Source of the DNA: Chiloscyllium plagiosum
Taxonomy: Eukaryota
Assembly: GCF_004010195.1 (NCBI RefSeq)
Contig: NC_057753.1
Coordinates: 5,485,282 to 5,549,281, forward strand
Reading direction: 5' to 3'
Length of the DNA stretch: 64,000 bases
Shown here: piece after piece, positions 1 through 12,330 of the stretch
How the letters are laid out: every line of letters starts with the position of its first letter
Position numbering within the stretch: position 1 is the stretch's first letter
Program-made: the position numbers and the translations under genes
The notes under the pieces: model-generated
Database searches by the model: none
The model's input: the letters and a program-made list of their open reading frames with translations, nothing else
What the model was told of the DNA's origin: nothing

Positions 1-305
1 TCTAGTCGGTACATCCACATACTGAATCAGAAAATTGTCTTGTACACACTTAAGAAATTCCTCTCTATCTAAACCTTTAACACTATGGCAGTCCCAGTCG
101 ATGTTTGGAAAGTTAAAATCCCCTACCATAACCACCCTATTATTCTTACAGATAGCTGAGATCTCCTTACAAGTTTGTTTCTCAATTTCCCTCTGACTAT
201 TGGGGAGTCTATAATACAATCCGAATAAGGTGATCATCCCTTTCTTATTTCTCAGTTCCACCCAAATAGCTTCCCTGGATGTGTTTCTGGGAATATCCTC
301 CCTTA
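1..305 (-). mobile_element. CR1/HER1 LINE endonuclease fragment, 5'-truncated
   Basis: Minus strand encodes LYYRLPNSQRE...VVMVGDFNFPNIDW (APE domain). Confidence 0.85.
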
Positions 306-610
306 GCAAATAATACTGAAGAAGGGATGGTTATCAAGTGAAGGGACTGTAAATGGAGGAGAAATAATACTGAGGAAGGGGTGTTGAAAAAGTGAAGGGA
401 TGATTAAATGCAGGAGAAATGATGACTGGGAGGAGGATATTTAAGAAGTACGGGGATGTGTAAATGGAGGAGAAATGATGACTGAGCAGGGAATGATTTG
501 GAAGTGAGGTGCCTGTGAGTGGGGGAAGAAATGATGTCAGTGCATCAAATGTTGCTGAAGAGAGGGATTTACAAATGCAATTTAAATGATGATTGGGCAG
601 AGATGTATTC
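306..610 (+). repeat. 3' end of the same minisatellite, abutting a CR1 insertion
   Basis: aataatactgaagaagggatg..., aataatactgaggaaggggtg... Confidence 0.75.
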
Positions 611-1082
611 AATGTAGCATTGAATTTCAGAGGCATTGAGCTTATTAAACCTGTGATAGTTCCTCGGAAGAAGATTCCTATTGATTGTCCCTCCCTTGCT
701 CTTTCCATAGAATCTCTGCTCAATGTTTCACCCCAGTGGGTATTGCCCTAATTTCCCTCTGAACTGCGATTGTAACTTCTCATTGTGCCATAATGTTTTC
801 CCCCATGTTAACATTCACCTTGAGTCATTGCTTTTTTAAAATATATCACTCTCTCATTTTCTATTCTGCCCAGAAATCTTGGGATTTTGTTCCACTTCCA
901 TCAAATCTGTGATGAAGAATATATGCTGAAACTGGAGCCGGCTTGAGATAAATGCATGTTTCACAGCAAGTGTTCTGGATTTATAATGAGCCACTGGAGA
1001 AGAGAGAGGAAGCATATTTGGTTGTGGCCTTCAGAAAGTAATTGGACGAGTGACTGAAGAGAAGAAGAATTGCTGAAATTGA

Positions 1083-1403
1083 ATCATAGAATCCCTACAG
1101 TGTGGAAACAGATCCTTCGGCTCAGCAAGTCCACACCAACCCTCCAAAAAGTATACCACTCAGACCCATTCCCCTGTTACTCTACATTTACCACTGACTA
1201 GTGCACCTAACTTGCACATCCCTGAACACTATGGGCAATTTAGCATGGCCAATTCGCCTAACCTGCAGATTTTTGGATTGTGTGAGGAAACTGGAGCACC
1301 CGGAGGAAACCCATGCAGACACGGAGAGAATGTGCAAACTTAACAAAGACAGTCACCCGAAGCTGGAATTAAACCTGGGTCCACTGAGCCACCATGCTGC
1401 CCC
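1083..1403 (-). mobile_element. HE1-type shark SINE, diverged
   Basis: Reverse complement of the HE1 consensus: ggagcacccggaggaaaccca, gggcaatttagcatggccaattc, tail ccctacagtgtggaaacag. Confidence 0.85.
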
Positions 1404-4400
1404 ATTGGGCAAAGGTCAGAATAGGACTAGCCGAGTTGCTGCGTCAGAGAGTTGACACAGACTTAATGGGCCACACAGCCACATTCTGGGTTGTAACTAC
1501 GCTTTAATTCATAATTTTAACTGACCAAGGAAAGCTGTGAGGAACTGTGAGGAGGCACATATATAGACTTATTCAATGAGACAGTAGCTGATCTATAATC
1601 AGTCTTCATGTTTTTTCTTTGGCAGTCAATCTCAGTTTTGCAGTTCAGTTCTCAGGATCAAATGTGACACCACATTGAGAAAAAACGGACTTAAATTTAG
1701 AATATTGACAGATGGGGCAAGGGAGCTGTCCTCATGGAATGGAGATTGCAGAGCGATCTGTAAATTATGGCTTATATATATATAAACAGAAGTTGCTGGA
1801 AAAGTTCGGCAGGTGTGTGACGATAAATCAGAGTTAAATTTTCAGGTCTGGTGAACCTTCCTCAGAACAAGATAAATTTTAGCTTAGTTAGAGAGGGAGG
1901 CAAGCAGAAGGAGATGCTGACAGATGTAGAGAAGATACCTTCACAACTGCTCATTAAATCTCCTTAGTAGGTTTTTTTCTCAAAGTTAACATTTACAGTT
2001 ATGTAAACAATTCTTATAAAAAGTTACTGATGAAGCTTGCTGATAATTCTCAGTCACTTGGACATTTTATCCATGGACCTTCCATTATTCCTCATGAAGA
2101 CTGGAAAATAAGAGTTCAGGGAAAATTTCAATTCTTCAAATGTTACCTTCCTTCCGATACAGAAATCCCCTCTGCACAGCAGTGGAGATATGTACAATGC
2201 AAATAATGGGCTGTTAGAAATCAATGCCTATTAAACTTATGGGTTCTTAATAAATGTATTGAATCTTATACAATTAGTTACTTTTCCTGTCATATTCTTG
2301 GACAACAGCTTCCGCAGCAACTTTCTGGTTATTAGATACAGGTTAGGCCTGTTCCCTTTACCCAAAATGTTTCGAACTCTGAGAACTGGATCTCATTGCC
2401 CTTATATAAACTAACTGTAAAGGTTAAAGCAGGCTGTTGAGAAGATGAGGGAAAGATTTTGAATTGATGCAAACTGGCTGCAGCCCAACCCTCACGCTCT
2501 GCCTCACAGCAGTTAGCTGTTCCACGGAGCCCACAGCTGCTGAGGCTAACACATTCTCTGCATGATCTATCTATCTGTTCTCAGTGATTGATAAACTGTT
2601 CTTACCCTTCACGGGCTCCATGCATTTCCTATCTGTTTAGCTCATGCAATGTATGTAAACTGTTACATCTCAATAATTACTTTAAATGGCTTAGGTATTC
2701 AGCTCTCTATTTTGGGTAGTGTCCACCTCCCGGACGTAAATCGTATTATTTGTGCTAGGAGTGGACGAAATTACAGGCTTGAAAATTTAGATTCTCATGT
2801 AAACATAAGTGGAAGGATGTCTGTTGTGTGAGGGCTTCTGGTGCAATGAGGGAAGATCTGCTGTTATGACCTTTTACATAAGAGGGGAGGGAATGCTGGT
2901 GTCCAGAGGCATTCATTAGTTGAGAACTAGGTCAGTAGTTGGTGAACTTTACATTTTGCTTTAATTGCACGGAGGCAGTCACTTAAACTGACACTGCAGA
3001 GATAAAAGTAATTAAATATATAGCTAGACTAGTTAAACCGCTGGATGTAATGATAGGTAATCGTTGAATTATACTTCTGAATGTAGTTGAATCGAGAATA
3101 ATAAATGTGGTGGAAATGGGGGGTAAATATGTGGGAGCTGGTGGACACCTGTGTGACCCATGGGCAGCAACTGTCTCATTCTGATTGCTTCAATTATTCA
3201 TGCTTTTCATCACTAATCTCTGAAGTACTGTGAAAACTGTTTCGTCCCTGGACCTGTTGTGTTGAAGGATACACTGAAAGGAATGTGGAACATTTTTGTA
3301 AAATCACTTTCTGAAAGTCATCTGTCTTCAGCTAAGTGCCTGAACTGACGTGAAATTGTATGTGTGAGTTTATGGTCGCCAGGAATTGGTATTTGATGTT
3401 GCTTTGGACTTCAGTTGGGTGCATTCCCTGACGTAAAAGGACACCTAGTGTCACCTTTTCCACCTTTGCAAGAAACCCTCTTGTGGATTTGATGTGAGAG
3501 CTGAGAAATTGAAACAGCTAGACTTGTTGAAAGGCTTTTAGAAGACATATTGAACAAACTACATTTTAAGAGATTTCAAAGGTTGAACTGCTTATACCTA
3601 GTGACACTTGTCTGTTCTAGTAGTCCTGATCTTGTGCAGGGCTGTTAGACTGAAGGACAACTGGAGTATTTAATGTCTTATCATTTATTCTCTGAGAATT
3701 AGCACCTGTTTAAGCACAAATGCTTTTTGTCCAAAGTTAATCTTTGAAGGAAATTTGTGCTTATTTTTTCTTTAACTGATGTGTGTGAGAGGACCTTTGT
3801 GATTGGTGCTATTGAGAAGACTAAATATTCCAAACTGTTGGTTCCTTTGCATCTTTTTGAATAAGGCTCATGATGATAAATTAATAATTTCATTGATGAA
3901 ATAGATATATGCTTCACATATATTTTAATTTTGAATCGAATACAGATAAAGTATACATTGAGATAGTTGTTAACTGGATTTTTTTGTCATCCATGCGATA
4001 TTAGCTTATTTGGCTGCATCAGCATTTATTGCCCACACCTAGTGGCCTTTATTATCCTCTGCAGTGCATTTGATGTAGATCTATCCTCATGCAGTTAGGG
4101 AAGGACTTCCCAGCAATTTGACTCAGGATCCATAGGTTGCAGTGCAGATGTAAGCCATTCAACTATCAAGTCTTCAATTACTTCATGGCTGATCTGATAA
4201 TCCTTAACTCTTCTTTCCTACCTTTTCCTTGTAACCATTGATTCCCTAGCTGAATTTTAATCTGTCCATCCCAATCTTATATATACTTAATGGCTCAGCT
4301 TTGACAGGGCTTCCACAGATACACTCTCTCTGAGAGAAGAAATTGTTCTGAGTGTATGAATAAATGTGCAACACCCAGTGAGATATGACTTCTGTTCCAA

Positions 4401-4555
4401 ACTCTCTTCAAGATGAAATAATGTTTCTATACCTACCCTGTCAAACCACATAAGAATCTTGTATGTTGTGAACAAAGTCACATCTTATTCTCTTGAATTC
4501 CAAAGCACACATGCCCAAACTGCACAACCTCTCCTCAATCCAATCCCTCTGCTAA

Positions 4556-4900
4556 GGCGGCATGGTGGCTCAGTGGTTAGCACTGCTGCCTCACAGCACC
4601 AGGGACCCGGGTTCCATCCTTGGGTGACTGCCTGTGTGCATTTTGCACGTTCTGTCCGTGTCTGTGTGGGTTTTCTCTGGGTGCTCCAGTTTCTTCCCAC
4701 AATCCAAAGATGTGCAGTTTAGGGGAATTGGCCAAGCTAAATTGCCCATACTGTTCAGGGTTCGTAGGTTAGGTGCATTAATCAGATGGCATGCAGATTA
4801 ATAGATCAGGTAGGGGAATGAGTCTGGGTGGGATATGCTTTGGAGGGATTGTGAGGACTTGTTGGACTGAAGGGCCTGTTTCCACACTATAGGGATTCTA
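4556..4900 (+). mobile_element. HE1-type SINE
   Basis: tRNA-like head ggtggctcagtggttagcactgctgcctcacagc; tail gaagggcctgtttccacact. Confidence 0.88.
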
Positions 4901-6584
4901 AAAAAGAGATCAACCTTGTGAGCCTTCTCTGAACTGTCTCAATAACAGTAAATCTTTCCTTAGATAAGGGGCCTGTAACTGCTTGCAGTATTCCAACTAT
5001 GTGCATACAAACATAGAACCATGGTCATAGAAGCCAGAGTAGGCTATTCAACCCTTCAGCTCTGTTCTTTCAACATTGTCATGCTTAATCATCCAACTCA
5101 TCACCCTGTTGACCTCTTTATTCCCAAAATCTATATCTAAGTCCTTCAAAATATTCAATGCCTGACCTCAACCGCATCATGTAGCACAGAATTCCATTCT
5201 CTCGATAAAATCATTTTTCCTCATCTCAATCCTAAATAGCCTACATCGTATCTTTAGTCTGTAAAGCCAGGATCTGGATTCCCCAGTCATCAGGAGTATC
5301 CAACCTGCGTAATCTAGTCTTGTTAGGACTTTATATTTTCTATGAGAGCCCTCTTATTTTTTAAAAATCCAGTCAATACAGTCTTAATGTGTTTCCATTT
5401 ACCTTCCCCATTACCACAGAACTTGGATGCTACGTTTTGTGATTCACAGATGAGATCTCCCAAGTCCTCTCTTCTGCAGCTTTCTGCTGTCTTTTTCCAT
5501 TTAAATCATATTCAGACACTCCATTCTACTTGCATATACTCATATTTTCCTGCGTTATATTTTATTTGCCAGGCGTTTGCATATTAATTGAATTTGGTGT
5601 ATCATCCTCACTCATTGTCTTCCTCGAAAGAGACTTGGGAAAGTTTCAAATCAAGTATGGTGAGTAGCTTGGAGGGGATGTCACATTCCTGAGTCATCCT
5701 ACTGATAACATTATTGCACCTGGATTGCAAGATAATCATTCTGTGTTTTGTTTTCTGTCTCATTATCAATTCCACAGGAATTACTTCACGTAGGTTATGT
5801 GACACAGATATATACATACATCATTCACAGAACATTGTGTGTTATGATACCAGACCAGAACTGTCAAATTAAAGTTAAGATCTAGGTGGGTACCAGTAGG
5901 ATTGTTTTGAAACGCAAACAGGATGTGAGATCCAGGTACTTAATGCTGCACGATTCTATGATGTTGATTAGACAATAAATATTACTGGACAATGTAATAT
6001 ATGTAATATCGGTAATAAACCAATACTTACATACATGTAGATTCACATGTACAACTTGTGTTCTAATACACAGAATCAAACTGACTTATTTAGGGGTAAT
6101 AGGCCCGCTGTTTGAGCTCACCACCGAGCAAATGAAGTCAGCAGTGTTGTAGAGAAAGAGACAGTAGTGTGGTGGTAATGTTACTGGACAATTAATCTAG
6201 GTCCCAGAATCATGTGCTGGGGTTATGGTTTCAAATGGATGGCGAATTGGAATTCACTTTTTAAGATTCAGGAATAAAACAACTGGAATAATCATAAAAG
6301 CCATGTAATCTTTATCAATTACAGTGAAAACACATCTGGTTTACCATTTGGTTCATACTCTTTCATTCTGGAAATCTATCATTCTTACTTGATTTGACCT
6401 ACAGCCATGTGGTTCATCTTGAATTAACCTCTGAAATGGCAGAGCAGACCAATAGATTTAAGGGCACGATTGGATAATCCTCGATTTCACTTTCCTGCCT
6501 TTTCTCTCTTATCCATCATTTCATATTGGTTAAAAAATTATATTAACCTGGAACATACTTAGTGACCCACCCTTGACTGCTACC

Positions 6585-7490
6585 ATTCATAATTCCCCAG
6601 ATTCTGAAGCTGTCCATGTTCAAATGCAACTGGACCTGCACATTATTGAGGTTTGGGCTGAGAACAGGCATCTGAGCCATACAAATGCTAGTCAATTATT
6701 GTATCTAACATGAGAAAATGAAACCACAGCCTTTTGACATTCAATTACACCAACATTTCTCATTATCAACATCCTGAGGTTTACCATGGTCCAGAAGCTG
6801 AACTGGACTAGCCACATAAAAATTAAGGCTGCAAGAGCAGATTAGACACTAGGAACACTGCAGGGAGTAAATCACCTCCTGACTCTCCAAACCGTTTCCT
6901 TCATCTACAAGGCACAAATCAGGGATGTCATGGAATGCTCCCCTCATGCATGGGTGAGGGTAGGTCCAGCAATTGGAGCTTGCAACTATCGAGGACAAAG
7001 CAGGCTTTTGATTGGCGCCACATTCACAAATATCCACTTCCTCTACCACTGTTTGTGGGCGGCACGGTGGTTAGCACTGCTGCCTCACAACGCCAGAGAC
7101 CCGGGTTCAATTCTCGCCTCAGGCGACTGACTGTGTGGAGTTTGCACGTTCTCCCCGTGTCTGCGTGGGTTTCCTCCGGGTGCTCCGGTTTCCTCCCACA
7201 GTCCAAAGATGTGCAGGGTCAGGTGAATTGGCGAAGCTAAATTGCCCGTAGTGTTCGGTAAGGGGTAAATGTAGGGGTATGGGTGGGTTTCGCTTCGGCG
7301 GGTCGGTGTGGACTTGTTGGGCCGAAGGGCCTGTTTCCGCACTGTAATCTAATCTAATCTAAAACTGTTGCTCGACAGCAGCAATGTGCACTATCTACAG
7401 GATGCCTGCAGAAATTAATCAAGGCTCTTTGGACTGCACCCTTCAAACCCACGATGACTATCAAATGGAAGGTCAAGGGCTGCAGATATG
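6585..7490 (+). mobile_element. Old CR1/L2-group LINE, RT C-terminal remnant (split by HE1)
   Basis: Encodes ...HLLTLQTVSFIYKAQIRDVMECSPHAW..., typical of the IYKAQVRSxMEY motif. Paralogous pieces at 31030-31360 and 55430-55703. Confidence 0.7.
7057..7362 (+). mobile_element. Young HE1 SINE with (TAATC)n tail, inserted in an older LINE
   Basis: Near-identical to 47527-47841; actgtt on both sides as a probable TSD. Confidence 0.92.
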
Positions 7491-8391
7491 GCAGTAGATT
7501 TGCTGACATAAGTAGTTACAAGCAGCAATCTCTTATCTGTATGCGAGTTTGGATTGTGCCTTTGCAAGAGAAAAAAACCGTTGAATTGTGCGTTGCAGTA
7601 ATATTAACCAAAATGATAAGTGAGCTAGAAGTATAAAATTGTGACAACCAGGTTCATTTACTTCAGAAACTGAAAAACAAGTGACCTAACTGTGGTGTTT
7701 AAAGCAATTGAAGGACAAATGCGGCAGCTCCAAAAAAGTAATGTCTTCTGTTCGGGTAACCGAAAGCAAGGGAACACAATAGTGATGTAGAGCTGAAACC
7801 ATTCAGAGATGATGTCTTCAAGCATTTCGCATCTCAAAAAAAAAATACTGGAATTATGCAGCTGTCTCCCGAGTAAAGCTATTCAGGTTGGGGTGAATTG
7901 AAAATTAAGATAATATGTTTTGTTGCCTAATGTTGTTAAGGGATAAGAATGTAAAATTGTTGGATGCAGTTGGGATAAAGATCTGCCATATTGTAGAAAT
8001 CGTGGAACCTGCTGGAGGGACTGAATTACCCTTTAACTTATCTACTCATTTGTTTGACAGGATCAATGTAGTAGATGCACAGAGGCACCTTTTGCAATAG
8101 TGAGACTTTCCAAACCTGACGTTTATGGAAGAGTGATACACAGGATGGTTGAATGAGGACAACCACTTGCCCTTCATTGTTACATGACTCGATTGTGTGA
8201 CAAGAGGCAATGACAGGTCCAATTTTTACCACAATGCTCATAGTATAATTTTTAATGCAGGCTAAAAATTGAAGAACTGATTCTAATTCACATGGATCAA
8301 TATTCAGCAAGCTTGCATTCATTATTTTTGAAATGCAAAGAGAACTCTGACTCTTTATGTAATGCAGTACTATGGCTTAAAATTATTCTTG

Positions 8392-9296
8392 TCATGACTT
8401 CACACATTTGCAGATGGAATGCATGGGATATTTCACTAGCGTCTTTAACTGATCCCTGAATTTACTTTGAGTAACTCCATAAATAAATGTATTTGTGCAG
8501 CAATTCAACAGCTGAAGCATATTTGCACTTTCAATGAGAATAAATTTGGGGTCACTGAAACCTTGGACTTCATAATCATTTGTAATTCGCTCAAGTAAGA
8601 AGTATATGACATGTGTCAACCACAAAAGAATGAAGCTGCCAGAGATGGTGAAAAGTAAGATAATGGACTTTCTCCGGCTTTCCATTTCTCGATCATTATG
8701 ATTCTCTTCATTGTTATGGACTCGGAGTCTTCTACGGACTCTACTGGCCTCTAGAATGTGTCTTACAGTCAGTGCATTAAGCAAAATAATCAGAAGGAAT
8801 GGGAGACATGGCGTTAAAAGACGATCAATCCAATGAAAAGCTGTACAGGCAGGAGAACTATAGCAGATATTTTTAAGTTTGCAGTACCAAGGCACATTAT
8901 CTATTATATAGATGGGTTCATGAAAAAAATACCATGGAATATTGCCTGCACATCCAAGTGCACAGACCAACCCTATGACGATGGCAGCTGTTTTTTCAGT
9001 GCAATATTTTGTTTTCAGCTTCTGGCAACAAATAGCCACAAATCTATCGAAGGTGAAAGTGACTGTCAACCAGACAGAGCTGAATCTGGCTGTATAAATT
9101 AATGCAATACTGACACTGCATATTGGAGTGATTGAAAGGAAACTACCTGGAAAATAAATACCAGGAATTCTGTTTAATATCACAGCGGTGATAATGACCA
9201 GCAGATCTGTGACTGCCATGGATACTAGGTATCGAGTAATACACTTGGATAGACCACATCTTCCTCGTTCCAGGATCAATATTGTCACTAAATTAA
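8392..9296 (-). CDS. Orphan class A GPCR, GPR139/GPR142-like (shark-expanded family), copy 1, exon 2 (end of TM1 to C-terminus); intact
   Basis: 7TM ORF with YLVSMAVTDLL (TM2), TFDRFVAIC (DRY equivalent), PCLPFLLI (TM5), RRKSIILLFTISGSF..LW (TM6) and NCCTNTFIYG (NPxxY equivalent). Pyrimidine-rich acceptor ctctattgcag|TTAAT at 9297/9296 is in phase 1, matching exon 1. Confidence 0.93.
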
Positions 9297-9619
9297 CTGC
9301 AATAGAGAGGGAGAACGACAGCCAGTTACAAGTACACGCCACTGTGTGTTATACATTCAGCAGTGGGACATAGATATTATGAAACAATGAAAACCAATAT
9401 AATCATTCATGACATAGATAAGATGGATGGAAGCCCTTAGATTGGTGAAACAAAAGATTAGTCAGACAGTATCAAAGTTCTTTGAATAAATTTTGAAGAT
9501 TCAAACGCATTACTAAATGCCAATCATGATATGATGAATAAAACAGATGAATAGGAAACACGTATAGATTGAACAGATGACATGCAACTGGGTCTAAGAC
9601 CAAATACAGCAAATTATAT

Positions 9620-12330
9620 TAGTGAAAAATAGACTAGTCCATTCAGCCCCTTGAACCTGCTCTACCATCCAATAAAATCATGGCTGCTCTATGGTCCACC
9701 TCCATATACCTGCCTTTGGCCCATATCTCCTTATACTTTCGCTAAACACAAAAAGACTTGAGATTTCAAATTAGCAACTGGCTCAGCACCTACAGCCATT
9801 TGTGCAAGAGCGTTTCAAACATCTACTACTCTTCGTGTGTAGAAGTGGCCCCTAACATATTTCTGGAAATACGTAGTCCTGGCATTAATTCTCATAGTAT
9901 ACCTCATAGTTATAGAAATTTCAACCAGTGGAAATAGTTTCTCATTATCTACCCTGTCACGTTCTGCTAATATCTTGAAGAATTTATTCATTACACTTAA
10001 TCTTCTAAATAATAGAGAAAAACAATCCTAATTCACATCATCTCCCCATAACCTAACCCCTGAAATACAAATATCATTCTTGTGAAACTAAATCATGCTC
10101 TCTTCAAAACCAATATATTCTTTCTGTGATGTTGTGCCCAAATCCTCTCCATGAGAGTTCTAACCAGGAGTTTGTATAACTTCAGCATCTTCTCTCCATG
10201 CACTCCGTTCCTCGAGATATAAAAATCAGTATCTCATTAGCTTTCTTGATTATTTTCTGCACATGCTCATTTAATTTGTAAGATGTTTCAAGTTTTAAGC
10301 TCAAATATCTTTGGACATCCACTGCATTCAACTTCATGCTATTTGGAAAGTACCCTGATCTATCCTTTTTTGGTCAAAAATGGGTAACTTGCAGTAGCTT
10401 ATATTGAACTCGAGCTGCTGCAGTTTTGCCCATTCACTTAGTCAATCAATGTACTCTGTGGTGTTATGCTGTTAACTACAGTGTCTACAATGCCATCGAA
10501 TATTGCATCATCAGTAAATTTGGATAAATGACTTTCCTTGCCATTTTCCAAGTCGTTAATGTATAATACAAAAAATTGAGGCCCCGACAATTTATGTACC
10601 TACACGTTATTTCTATCACCCACTGAACGAATTCCCTAACCATGTCAATCATTTGCCCTCAACTCCACAACTACTGTCCTTAGTTAAAAAAAAAACTTTT
10701 ATGTGGTACTTTATTAAATAACTTCTGCATATCCCTGTGACAACATGCACAGGCATTCTGTGTCCATTATCTTGGCCACCTTTTCAAAACCTTCAACGAG
10801 GTTTGTCATGCATGATTTAAGTGACTAGACTCCTTTCTGGCTCTCCCTTATAAATCAAAGCATTTCAAGACTTTCAGTTATTCCCTCCTTGAGTATAGAA
10901 TCCAACAATTTCCCAGCATTGACTTCATGCTAACTCGCCTGTAATTCCCAGGTTTCCTTTAGGTATTTTACCCATTAGCAGATGTTCCCAGTTTATTGTG
11001 GCCAGTTCTGTCTCATCTTGGTAATGTCGGTCTTACTTCAACCTAACACTCTGGTAGCTGATTTATGCCTTTCCCTTTCAAATTCAACCTTGAACTCGAT
11101 CAGGTTTTGATCACAATTTGATAAATGCTCACGCATGATTTGGTTTCTAATTAAGTCGGGCTCAATACTCATTGCTTGTAGCCCTCTTTCTTTATCCAGG
11201 ACATACTCCTCGGACAGACTCCAAAACATTATCTTTCTGACAGGTGCTTGTGAGCCTCTACCAATTTTGATTGCAGTTAAATCTCACATTAATAAGACAT
11301 TGGTTTTGCTGCACTCTTGCCCTAATTTCTGCATTTATACCATCGAATATTTCAGAGCTGCTATCAGGTCGACTGTATGCAATATCTATTAGACTTTTGG
11401 ATCCTTTACTGTTCCTCAGTTTCAGTCATACGGTGTCAACATTGCATGCTTTCCTCTCATTGCATCCTTCCTCATCATTGAAGTAGTTTTGTTTCTAATC
11501 AGTAAGGCTGCTCCACCTCCTCTGCCATTTCCCCAATCCATCCCACCAGCCTTGTAACCTGACATATTTCATTCCCAATACCGCCAATCTGTAGCCATGT
11601 CTCAGTAATGCCTACTCTATTACAATCACCAATTTGAATTTGTGCCTGCAGCTCATTGAATGTTTCCTTACCCTACACTCCAAACTGTCCTCAGCTCCAG
11701 TGATTTAACCGCCTAATTATTATTTCTCATTTCTGGTTGATTCAGTACGCTTCCTGCAATTTTATTATTATCTGTTCTGACTGACGTAGGATTCCTGGCT
11801 GTTTCTTTGTACTTTGTCATAACTTGGTTTTTGAAACTGTTTTGACTTTATCCACGCATTACAATCACTAACATTCTTAACTGTATGTTTGTTGGATATG
11901 ACTTAGAGAATAATTCAGAAATTATAACCCTTGAGATCCTATTCTTCGATTTTCTTGTGATTCCGGATATTCTCCAATCAGGGCCTCTTCCAATCTTTTG
12001 CCGACGTTGTTGATCCCAATATGGACCATAATGTCTGCTTCATCCTCCTTCTACTCCCATGTCTTTTCAAGGTGGTTCGAGATGTCCCTTGCTTTGGTAC
12101 CAGGCAGGCAAAACACCATGCAGAACTCTCGACCCTGCTTCGAAAGGATGCTATCTGTACCCTTCATTTTGAAGAAACTTACTAGTGCCATCTTTAGTTT
12201 TGCTCCTACCCCACGCTTGAGTGGCCTCCTGACCATAGCGCAGTGGTCACTTTGTTCATCATTCCTTTGGTCCTTTTCCTCATTCACATAGGGAGTAGGA
12301 ATCTCTTCCTTGTTGGAGACCAAATAAAAC
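9620..12330 (-). mobile_element. Old, long CR1 remnant in the GPCR intron (esterase-type ORF1, EN, RT, 3' end); predates the duplication
   Basis: GTDSIL...VFCLPGTKARDIS (ORF1 SGNH-like) and REHLSNCDQNLIEF (end of EN). Paralogs at ~35920-38950 and ~56720-59170. Confidence 0.75.

Noticed and set aside
7057..7130. tRNA-like sequences
   Set aside because: These are SINE heads, not tRNA genes.
8038..8322. 94-aa ORF directly downstream of the GPCR
   Set aside because: The paralogous sequence near 34620 has an early stop; probably 3' UTR.
9297..9342. ORF-track N-terminus MACTCNWLSFSLSIA of the GPCR (and MSFALSLT in copy 2)
   Set aside because: Intronic polypyrimidine tract and acceptor with non-ATG starts; the real start is in exon 1.
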